Shown piece by piece: positions 1 to 7,451 of a DNA stretch of 64,000 nucleotides (the first letter of the stretch is position 1; each line of letters opens with the position of its first letter). The notes under the pieces were generated by a model. That model did not search any database and was not told the origin of the DNA. It was given only the letters and a program-made list of their open reading frames with translations. The stretch is from contig OY969557.1 of NCBI GenBank assembly GCA_963701025.1, positions 506,042 through 570,041 of the forward strand, written 5' to 3'. The position numbers and the translations under genes are program-made. This DNA is from an uncultured bacterium. Lineage in GTDB: Bacteria; Patescibacteriota; Minisyncoccia; Phycocordibacterales; PALSA-1337.

Positions 1-401
1 ACGCCTTGCCGGCTGTCGGCCGGGTCGGACCGCTCACTCTGGCGGCCTTGAACGGGCTCATCGCGTCCGGACAGCAGATCGACGTGTCCTCTCCGGTCAT
101 CTCGAATGTATCCGTAAACGCGGCCCAGACGTCGGCCACATTCACCTGGACGACCGATGAGATGGCGCGAGGCAAGGTCTATTATGATCGGGCGCCTATA
201 ACTGGATCAGACGCGACACAGTCGAAAATGGAACCTACTTTGGGAGCGCTATCTGTGGCTGACCAATCATTCGGAACGGCAAAATCAATCCTGGTGACCG
301 GTCTATCGGCCAATACCACTTACTACTACATAGTGGAGTCGACTGACCAGAGCGGAAACGTGTCGGTATCGACGCAAGGAAGCTTTAGGACCGCGATCTA
401 A
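1..401 (+). CDS. 5'-partial surface protein: end of a peptidoglycan-binding domain followed by a fibronectin-III-like domain
   Basis: Frame is open from the window edge. LPAVGRVGPLTLAALN resembles the end of a PG_binding_1 domain. ATFTWTTDE...GLSANTTYYYIVESTDQSGN is FN3-like. Confidence 0.7.
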   Translation, partial: ALPAVGRVGPLTLAALNGLIASGQQIDVSSPVISNVSVNAAQTSATFTWTTDEMARGKVYYDRAPITGSDATQSKMEPTLGALSVADQSFGTAKSILVTGLSANTTYYYIVESTDQSGNVSVSTQGSFRTAI

Positions 402-431
402 TGCTGATGCGATGCCGCAAGAAAAGGTGCG

Positions 432-458
432 AGACCGCCTCATTCCTGGGCGGTCTTC
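432..458. terminator. hairpin between convergent genes, probable terminator
   Basis: GAGACCGCCT-cattcct-GGGCGGTCTT inverted repeat between the stops at 401 and 485. Confidence 0.5.
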
Positions 459-484
459 GTTGTATAATTCCTTAACAATTCACT

Positions 485-2752
485 TCACTTGGGATTGATA
501 TACCTTCTTGTAATAGGCCCGAAATATCCGGTAGCGGGAATACTATGTTCTCTCTGAAATCTCACGAGGGTTTTCTTGGTCAAAGAGCCGAAAAAAGCGG
601 TTTCTTTGCCCGGGGAGCCGGAACCTGCGGCAGACAGGACATACCCGTGGCTATTGAGGTATTGTTGCAGGCTTTTAACGTCATCTCCGATATCCCCTAT
701 TGAAAGGTTCCGAGAGAAGATAGCTGGAGTGCAAGAGAAGCCCGAAGGACAACTAAGCACTGGTTGCAGGGCGAGACCGAGAGATACCAATGTTGAGAGA
801 TTGACATGACCACCACTCGAACCAGAATATACTGCTGTTGGAGCAGGATTGGCCGTATTGGTAGAACAGGTGGAGGTATTGAATGTAAGACCCGTGCTTG
901 AAGCTGCGCCTGTGGAATTAACAGCAAATGCTCTGAAGTAATAGCTGGTGCCGCAGGTGAGACTATTTACGCCTATCGAGAACAAGCCTGTGGGATAGTT
1001 GCCGGTCGTCGAGGCAATAGTTCCATATGAACCTGTATTTCCATATTCAAAGCCCCTTATTGTGGGGTTGACACCTCCTGTGTTTTCAATGGATCCATTG
1101 AGAGTTGCGGATGTTTGAGTCGCAGAAGATACGGGAAAAGCAATGATCGTCGGCACCGTGGTACTTGAGATAAATGTTCCCTCTCCGCTATAGGCTATGC
1201 CTTCAGGGTTAATCGCATAAGCCCTAAAATAATAGGTAGTATCTGGAGTGAGGCCAGTAAGGCTGACTGTGAATGATGTACCTGAGCCAAAGTCTCCCGT
1301 CTCAGGCGTGGTGGTGGCCCCGTAGCTTGAATCGGTACCATAGACGAAGCCATGTTCCGTGCTGTCAGCGGCACCAGTATTGTCGATGGAGCCGTCAATG
1401 GTAGCGGAGGTTTGGGTTATCGAATACGCCGAAGATGCACTTAAGGTAGGAATAAGGGAAGTAAAAAAAGTCTCCTCTGGACTATAGGCTAGACCTTCCG
1501 GACCTATGGCATAAGCTCTAAAGTGATAAGTGGTATTCGCGAGGAGGCCGCTAATATCGGCGGTAAATCCACCCACACCGAATTCTCCCGTTTCCGGCGT
1601 GGTGGTGGCCCCGTAGCTTGAATCGGTACCATAGACGAAGCCACGTTCTGTGGCATTTGCCCCTCCTATGTCATCGATGGAACCATTGAGGGTGAATGTA
1701 GAATAAACATCCTGAGCGCCATCGTTTGAGACGGCGACGGGAGTTTTAGTGAACTTTATAACGACATCCGAGAATGGGTCAGTTACATACAGATTATCGT
1801 CTGAATCTCGTGCCATTGCGCCATATGCATATATGTTTGGTCCAAAATTCCGCACAAAATTCTCGCTTAGATTAAACTCGACGATCCTATTATTAACGAT
1901 ATCCGCAATGTAGATATTGTTACTGCTATCAGTCGTAATACCGAATGGCGCAGAATATAATCCGATAAATTGGCCACCACCTGTTCCATACGAACCAAAC
2001 GCGGATAAGTAGTTGCCATTTGAGTCGAATTTCAGCACTCTTGATTTCAAAGAGCCATTATATCCGTCCGTAACATAGATGTTACCGAGTGAATCGGAAA
2101 CGATGCCGTATGGATTGAGAAACTCGTCATCTCCTGTCCCATAATGTCCCCATGACAGCAAGATATTCCCATTTGAATCGTATTTTTGTATCCGATCATC
2201 AACATAATTCGCGATATATACGTTATCTGAAGGATCAATTGCGATGCCATACGGCGGAGAGAAGTGGGTATTTGATTGCGAGCTAAGATCTCCCCATGAT
2301 AAGACGAAATTTCCGGAATCATCGAATTTCTTGACTGAACGATGAGCCGTATCGATCACATATATATGATCAGTTGAATCGATGGCTATACCGTAAGGAT
2401 TACCTATGCTGGTGGGGAAATATTCGGAATCCGCGCTATTGCTTCCAAATTGAGAGTCCCCGTCGCCATATGATCCCCATTCAAGCAGAAAATTACCGTT
2501 TGAATCGAACTTTTGTATACGGCCATTCATCGAATCCGCTACAAAGATATTTTTGGAAGAATCAACAGCTATCGCTATTGGTCGATCAAATTGACCCGGA
2601 TCTGTTCCGGGTGATCCAAAGGTGCTTATAGAATATGATGCTTGGGCTCTATCGGCTAAACAAAAAGTCCCTATAAAAAATACGGCGAACAAGATGCGTG
2701 AAATCGTACAATTATTTTTGATCATGAAGACCGCCTGACTCATTACCGGCAT
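485..2752 (-). CDS. secreted NHL-repeat beta-propeller protein with three FN3-like repeats and a C-terminal peptidoglycan-binding domain
   Basis: Signal-like N-terminus. Repeated PxGIAxDsxxnIYVxD..n.rIqKFDsnGnfl (NHL). Three GF.YG...YG / L...TTYYFRAYA repeats. C-terminal RNLSIGDIGDDVKSLQQYLN...TGYFGPITR. Confidence 0.85.
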   Translation of the reverse strand: MPVMSQAVFMIKNNCTISRILFAVFFIGTFCLADRAQASYSISTFGSPGTDPGQFDRPIAIAVDSSKNIFVADSMNGRIQKFDSNGNFLLEWGSYGDGDSQFGSNSADSEYFPTSIGNPYGIAIDSTDHIYVIDTAHRSVKKFDDSGNFVLSWGDLSSQSNTHFSPPYGIAIDPSDNVYIANYVDDRIQKYDSNGNILLSWGHYGTGDDEFLNPYGIVSDSLGNIYVTDGYNGSLKSRVLKFDSNGNYLSAFGSYGTGGGQFIGLYSAPFGITTDSSNNIYIADIVNNRIVEFNLSENFVRNFGPNIYAYGAMARDSDDNLYVTDPFSDVVIKFTKTPVAVSNDGAQDVYSTFTLNGSIDDIGGANATERGFVYGTDSSYGATTTPETGEFGVGGFTADISGLLANTTYHFRAYAIGPEGLAYSPEETFFTSLIPTLSASSAYSITQTSATIDGSIDNTGAADSTEHGFVYGTDSSYGATTTPETGDFGSGTSFTVSLTGLTPDTTYYFRAYAINPEGIAYSGEGTFISSTTVPTIIAFPVSSATQTSATLNGSIENTGGVNPTIRGFEYGNTGSYGTIASTTGNYPTGLFSIGVNSLTCGTSYYFRAFAVNSTGAASSTGLTFNTSTCSTNTANPAPTAVYSGSSGGHVNLSTLVSLGLALQPVLSCPSGFSCTPAIFSRNLSIGDIGDDVKSLQQYLNSHGYVLSAAGSGSPGKETAFFGSLTKKTLVRFQREHSIPATGYFGPITRRYINPK
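1305..1643. repeat. 48-bp perfect direct repeat (1305-1352 and 1596-1643) inside the FN3 repeats
   Basis: GGCGTGGTGGTGGCCCCGTAGCTTGAATCGGTACCATAGACGAAGCCA occurs twice, 291 bp apart. Confidence 0.95.
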
Positions 2753-2772
2753 CTAGATTGTAACATATGCCT

Positions 2773-3177
2773 TTATTCCGGTTTTCTTTCCCTCTCTCTT
2801 CTTTCTACTTCGTCTTCATCAAGGCCGAAATGATGAGCTACCTCATGCCAGACGGTCTCCTCTATGACTTGACGCACGGAAAGGCCGTCTTCTCGGGCGG
2901 CGCGGATGATGGGCAGACGATATAAGGTTATCTTGTCGGGCAGGTTGCCGTAACCATAGCCTTCGCCGCGAGCAGAAAGCGGCAGGCCGTGATACAGACC
3001 GAGAAGAGTCTCATTGTCCGGTAATTTCATATTCTTCCGGGTCGGCTCGTCAGGCTCTTCCTCAATAGTGATAGCCACATTGGCGATCATGGATCGGAAC
3101 TTGTCAGGCACGGGCGAGAAGCCGACGGAGGAGACGAGTTCTTCAAATTCGCCGTAGGACATAGATTCGGAGACCAT
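2773..3177 (-). CDS. zincin-like metallopeptidase (Zincin_1 type)
   Basis: LLGLYHG, PDKITLYRLPI and HEVAHHFG (HExxH) motifs. Confidence 0.85.
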   Translation of the reverse strand: MVSESMSYGEFEELVSSVGFSPVPDKFRSMIANVAITIEEEPDEPTRKNMKLPDNETLLGLYHGLPLSARGEGYGYGNLPDKITLYRLPIIRAAREDGLSVRQVIEETVWHEVAHHFGLDEDEVERRERERKPE

Positions 3178-3258
3178 GCGGAAAGTATATCAGTTTGACA
3201 AAATCTTTATACGCGCTAGCTTGTAGGCAAACAACGAACCATTGACAAAGGGGTTACC

Positions 3259-3705
3259 ATGAACGGAACATATGTGACTTTCGGGGAGATGCGCGCGCGG
3301 TTGGAGATCGACCTTATCGGCGGTTGCGTCGAAGTCCCGATGGCCGGCAAAATACATCGTGGCAGGCTCGATGACATCGATTGGTGGGAGATCGGGCACC
3401 CGCGTCGGATAGAATGGACGGAGGCCTTGATCTGGAACGACAAGTGGGCGTATTGGGAAGGAGCTACCGAAGGCTACCTCGATTTTCCCAAATCCAGCTA
3501 CGACTTCTTTGACGGTCCGTATCAAGCCGACAGCGGGGAATTCTTCTTTCTTTGTTACGGATGCAAGAGGACGCCCTATGTCACCGTCTTTCCGCGCGGA
3601 CTGGAGGCACCTGAATTTCCGGCCGACATGACGGCTTACTTCAAGCTTCATCAAAAAATAATGGGTCTTGACGATGAAAGGCTCAAAGCCGTGTTACGAA
3701 GATAA
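3259..3705 (+). CDS. hypothetical protein
   Basis: 148-aa ATG ORF followed directly by a terminator. No recognisable motif. Confidence 0.6.
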   Translation: MNGTYVTFGEMRARLEIDLIGGCVEVPMAGKIHRGRLDDIDWWEIGHPRRIEWTEALIWNDKWAYWEGATEGYLDFPKSSYDFFDGPYQADSGEFFFLCYGCKRTPYVTVFPRGLEAPEFPADMTAYFKLHQKIMGLDDERLKAVLRR

Positions 3706-3741
3706 GGCCGCTTCAAAAGCATGAAGCGGTCTTTTTTATTT
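3705..3741 (+). terminator. intrinsic terminator, possibly bidirectional
   Basis: AGGCCGCTTCA-aaagca-TGAAGCGGTCT followed by a T-run. Confidence 0.75.
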
Positions 3742-4881
3742 TCCTTGCCGGCTTCGCGCGTCATTATGGCCCGTATCGTTTGTATTGCCGTCGTTGCGTC
3801 CGTGGTCGTTGCGCGCCGAAACGTCTTCGCCGCTTGCCCGGGCGGATGCCGCCAAATTGAGGATCGGGGCCGCTTCCTGGTCGAATAATCCGCTATCATG
3901 GGAATGCGTGCTTCTATCCGTTTCGCCGGACGTGCTGGAAGCAACCGTCGTATGAGCCTCGACTATCGTATTTTCAGTGCTCGTTGAGATTGTCTCATCG
4001 GCGCTTGTCGTGCCGGCGAATAACGCCGGATGAGCGATGGTGGTAGTGGAAGCATATCTCCCTAGAGACACAGATAATGTCGTACTTCCCTCCATGGTAT
4101 CTTTTCTCCGGTTATTATTCGAAGCCATTTCAGGCCTTCTATTAGATCTATCGCCGTATGAATGCGTAGCGACAGTAGCCGTCGAGCTCGCATGCGCCAC
4201 AGTCGTGGAGGATAATTCAGCGAGAGCCTCTTCAGTCGTCGTCCCGATGAGTGCGTCCAAATGCCGCGCGCGCTCGTTCATCCGTGCTTGGAAATCGATA
4301 CTGATCTTTTGGGCTGTCTGCGGATCAGACGACGCCACGGCGGCAAGAGCGATATTCAGTACCTGCGTATGAGCTACTATCAGATCCGAGAGTTCGGTCT
4401 GTTTCGCATGGTCGAGCTTGTTTTCCGCGGCAAGCGTCTCGCCCTCCTGCACGCGTCTATCGGTGAAATCAGCGGCAAGTTGCGCCTTGGACTCGGCTGA
4501 CGGTGCAATGGCGATGCGCAACGGCTCCGTCACGTCGACTTTAACAGGGTACAGAAGGTCACCCGGCAAGCTACTCTCCGCGGCGAGGGCGACGCCGCTT
4601 CCCGCGAGACTCATGATGAGAACTGCTATGACGGCATATGACCAGCGGTTGCGATCGATCCACGCGCTGAAAGAATACATAGTCCACGGGCTTTTGACTG
4701 GGGCCGCGGGCAATGGCCTGCGAGGCGCCGATGCGGGAGAATCGGACATGATCCTCGATAGCATGGCTTTCTTTTCTTCAGCAGTCATACTAACGCTCCT
4801 GATGATCCCCAGGGCTTTATCGAAATATGTATTGAAATCTCTGTCGGATTGTGGGTGGTTGTTATTCATGGCGGTTTTCAT
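3736..4881 (-). CDS. membrane-anchored DUF5667-like protein, putative anti-sigma factor
   Basis: Single TM helix followed by SLPGDLLYPVK and a Ser/Thr-rich tail. Start overlaps the ECF stop (ATGA). Confidence 0.7.
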   Translation of the reverse strand: MKTAMNNNHPQSDRDFNTYFDKALGIIRSVSMTAEEKKAMLSRIMSDSPASAPRRPLPAAPVKSPWTMYSFSAWIDRNRWSYAVIAVLIMSLAGSGVALAAESSLPGDLLYPVKVDVTEPLRIAIAPSAESKAQLAADFTDRRVQEGETLAAENKLDHAKQTELSDLIVAHTQVLNIALAAVASSDPQTAQKISIDFQARMNERARHLDALIGTTTEEALAELSSTTVAHASSTATVATHSYGDRSNRRPEMASNNNRRKDTMEGSTTLSVSLGRYASTTTIAHPALFAGTTSADETISTSTENTIVEAHTTVASSTSGETDRSTHSHDSGLFDQEAAPILNLAASARASGEDVSARNDHGRNDGNTNDTGHNDARSRQGK

Positions 4882-5450
4882 TCGTGTCTCTCGCGTTTGT
4901 CTCTCTGATCTTTTCCGGAAGGACTGTCATACCCGGCAAGACGCCGAAGTTCCTGTAATCCCCTGTTGATTCGAACTGACGCCGCGTTGGCCGTTATCCC
5001 GAGGATCTCGCCGATATCCGGCGGTGCGAGCCCTTCGACGAAACGCAAGTAAACGGCTTGCCTGTTCCCCGGACTCATTTCCCTTAGCTTTACCAGGAGG
5101 TATCGTCCTTCGGCGTCCATTTCCAAGTCGGCATAGTCTTTGCCGTCAGCCGGCTCGAAGTTTCCGTCGTTGTCAGGATTGAGCGCGTCTTCGACGGAGC
5201 TGAACGAGACGGCTTTTTTCTTACGATACCAGTCGATGATAAGACGGTGAGCGACCGTGAAGAGAAAAGCCTTCTCATTGTCTATACGCGTGCCGCGTGA
5301 CACGGTCTGCCACATGCGGCTGAAGGTCTCTTGGACGATGTCCAATGCCTGCTCACGGTCGGAGACTCGTACCAGGCAGAATCGGAATATGGAGTCGGCT
5401 TCAGCCTCATAGCAAGCGGTGAAGCGGCGTTGTAAGGATTCTTGATTCAT
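4878..5450 (-). CDS. ECF-type RNA polymerase sigma factor
   Basis: Region 2 DIVQETF...AFLFTVAHRLIIDWYRKKK and region 4 LRFVEGL...IGEILGITANAASVRINRG. Start placed at ATG 5450, downstream of an ECF-like promoter. Confidence 0.9.
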   Translation of the reverse strand: MNQESLQRRFTACYEAEADSIFRFCLVRVSDREQALDIVQETFSRMWQTVSRGTRIDNEKAFLFTVAHRLIIDWYRKKKAVSFSSVEDALNPDNDGNFEPADGKDYADLEMDAEGRYLLVKLREMSPGNRQAVYLRFVEGLAPPDIGEILGITANAASVRINRGLQELRRLAGYDSPSGKDQRDKRERHE

Positions 5451-5457
5451 GCGTAAA

Positions 5458-5483
5458 GACGGACAACGAGCCTGATTCTTACG
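5458..5483 (-). promoter_or_regulatory. putative autoregulatory ECF promoter
   Basis: CGTAAG-N16-CGTC, 7 nt upstream of the ECF ATG. Confidence 0.5.
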
Positions 5484-5566
5484 AAAAAATACGGCTCTCA
5501 CCATAAAAATACAACAGATGGAACGCGCCGTCCATAGCGGTTTTTATTCTCCAAATATGTCAAAAA

Positions 5567-6127
5567 TCATTTCTTCGCCTTCTCCTCTTCCCTCTTCAGC
5601 GGCAATCCCAGATATTCCAAAAACGCTAAGGTGGTCTTCTTATCATGAGAAGTAGTGACGAGGGTGATACCCATACCGAAGACATCTTTCAAGTCCTCGT
5701 CCGATGTCTCGGCGAATATGGTGTGCTCCTTGACTCCGATAGTGTAATTGCCCATGGCGTCGACGGCAGTGCGGGGCAGACCGCGGAAGTCCTTGGTGCG
5801 GGGCAGAGCGATATTGATCAGGCGATCCATGAACTCGTCCATGCGCCTGCCACGGAGCGTGACCTGATAGGCGAGCGGGTCGCCGAGTCGCGTCTTGAAA
5901 GTAGCGATGGCTTTCTTGGCCACGCGTAGGGCCGGCTTTTGGCCGGTGATGCGGGACATGCGGTCGGCGATGAGATCGATCTTCTTCTTGTCCTTGACCG
6001 AGCCGAAGCCGGTGCCGACGACGACTTTGGAGAGGCGCGGGGCCTGCATCGGATTCTCGAGATGCAACTTGTCCTTCAGGGCTTTGAAGGATTCTTTATT
6101 GAGTTCTTGGACGGTTTTATGTGCCAT
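5567..6127 (-). CDS. rplE: 50S ribosomal protein L5
   Basis: ITGQKP...AKKAIATFK, LPRTKDFRG, GNYTIGVKEHTIF. Confidence 0.97.
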   Translation of the reverse strand: MAHKTVQELNKESFKALKDKLHLENPMQAPRLSKVVVGTGFGSVKDKKKIDLIADRMSRITGQKPALRVAKKAIATFKTRLGDPLAYQVTLRGRRMDEFMDRLINIALPRTKDFRGLPRTAVDAMGNYTIGVKEHTIFAETSDEDLKDVFGMGITLVTTSHDKKTTLAFLEYLGLPLKREEEKAKK

Positions 6128-6169
6128 GTTTTTTCTTAAATCGTAAATCTCATTTCCTGCATCTTCGGG

Positions 6170-6385
6170 TTAAATCTTTGCGACCTTGGAAGCAAAGATC
6201 GGCATGGCGCGATTGACGATCTGGCCTTTTTGATCCTGCCTCTTCCCTCGCTCGTGGCGTTTTACCATGTTCACCCCCTCGATGAGGATCTTGCCCTCGG
6301 CGGGAAAAGACTGGACAACCTTGCCGGTCTTGCCCTTGTCGTCGCCCGAGAGGATCTTCACCATGTCGCCGGTCTTGATATGCAT
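6170..6385 (-). CDS. rplX: 50S ribosomal protein L24 (short form)
   Basis: IKTGDMVKILSGDDKGKTGKV (KOW motif). Lies between rplN and rplE. Confidence 0.95.
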   Translation of the reverse strand: MHIKTGDMVKILSGDDKGKTGKVVQSFPAEGKILIEGVNMVKRHERGKRQDQKGQIVNRAMPIFASKVAKI

Positions 6386-6430
6386 AGGAGTGAGTATGAA
6401 AGTATAAAGTATGCGGGTATGAGTGTATGG

Positions 6431-6802
6431 CTACACGATCTCTGCGGCGCGGGAAGCGATGGTCTTGAAGCCTGCTTCCGCCACTTCTCTGGGAATAGGC
6501 CCGAATACGCGCCCGGCTATCGGCTCTTTCTTGTCTTTCTCGATGATGACGACCGCGTTCTCGTCGAAACGTATGTATGAGCCGTCCTTCCGGCGGCTGG
6601 CCTTGGTCTGGCGGACGACGACCGCGTGGAGGACGTCTTTCTTCTTGACTGTCTTTCTCGGCTCGGCCTTCTGTACCGATAGGACCACTACTTCGCCTAG
6701 TTCGGCATAGCGCTTCTTGGAAGCGCCGAGCACCTTGAAGATGCGCCCGACCTTGGCACCGGAATTGTCCGCGATCTTGACTATGGAGCGGGGTTGGATC
6801 AT
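6431..6802 (-). CDS. rplN: 50S ribosomal protein L14
   Basis: MIQ...ADNSGAK, DGSYIRFDENAVVII, RVFGPIPRE. Confidence 0.97.
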   Translation of the reverse strand: MIQPRSIVKIADNSGAKVGRIFKVLGASKKRYAELGEVVVLSVQKAEPRKTVKKKDVLHAVVVRQTKASRRKDGSYIRFDENAVVIIEKDKKEPIAGRVFGPIPREVAEAGFKTIASRAAEIV

Positions 6803-6832
6803 GGAGGTTAGGGTAGAGGGTGTAGGGTATAG

Positions 6833-7090
6833 TTAGGCAATCACTTTGAAGGCTTTGTTCTTCGACATCGGCCTGCAGGACTCGATAGTCGCCGTGTCAC
6901 CGATCTTCTTGGTATTGCCGGGATCATGCGCCATGAGCTTGGTCCTCTTGGTCTGGAACTTGTGATACTTTGCATGCTTGACGTAGCGCTCGATGACTAC
7001 TACCGTCGTGTCTTTCATTTTGTCCGACGAAACGACGCCGGTGAATGTCTGGCGTATCGTCTTTTGTTCGGCTGTTTTGGCGGTTGGCAT
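6833..7090 (-). CDS. rpsQ: 30S ribosomal protein S17
   Basis: GVVSSDKMKDTTVV, AHDP...GD...IESCRPMSKNK. Confidence 0.96.
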   Translation of the reverse strand: MPTAKTAEQKTIRQTFTGVVSSDKMKDTTVVVIERYVKHAKYHKFQTKRTKLMAHDPGNTKKIGDTATIESCRPMSKNKAFKVIA

Positions 7091-7151
7091 GTGAGCGCTG
7101 ATACTACTTGAAGTTTGTTGAAATGTCTAGCTAAAGGGAAACGGAAAATTT

Positions 7152-7361
7152 TTATTTTTGATTTTCTATCTTTACATTCATCGCCGTCAATATCCTGGCG
7201 ATGTCTTTCCGTATGGCCCTGCCCTCTTTTACATTCTTGGTCTTGGATCCCGTGGCGCCGAAACGGAATATGCGCAAAGACTCGCGCTTGTCGGCCGCGA
7301 GCTTAGCCAGGTCGGCTGGAGTCTTGCTGGTTATGTCCTTCATCTGTATAGCTTTCGTCAT
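7152..7361 (-). CDS. rpmC: 50S ribosomal protein L29
   Basis: LRIFRF...IRKDIARILT and synteny. Start ATG 7361 (or 7343). Confidence 0.9.
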   Translation of the reverse strand: MTKAIQMKDITSKTPADLAKLAADKRESLRIFRFGATGSKTKNVKEGRAIRKDIARILTAMNVKIENQK

Positions 7362-7419
7362 AGAAAAAAGCTCGGTCGAGCTGTCCCGCCATGCTAACAA
7401 AAACGCGCCGGGGAGTCAA
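7362..7419 (-). promoter_or_regulatory. sigma70 promoter and hairpin/U-tract leader for rpmC-rplE
   Basis: TTGACT(7419-7414)-N17-TAGCAT with extended TG, then GCTCG-ac-CGAGC-TTTTTT-CT-ATG. Confidence 0.75.
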
Positions 7420-7451
7420 GGCGCGCCTGTGTTACGGGATATTATGCTCTT

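Noticed and set aside
1305-1643. 48-bp repeat as a DGR template/variable pair
   Set aside because: The copies are identical with no adenine-specific mismatches, both are in frame in one gene, and no reverse transcriptase is present.
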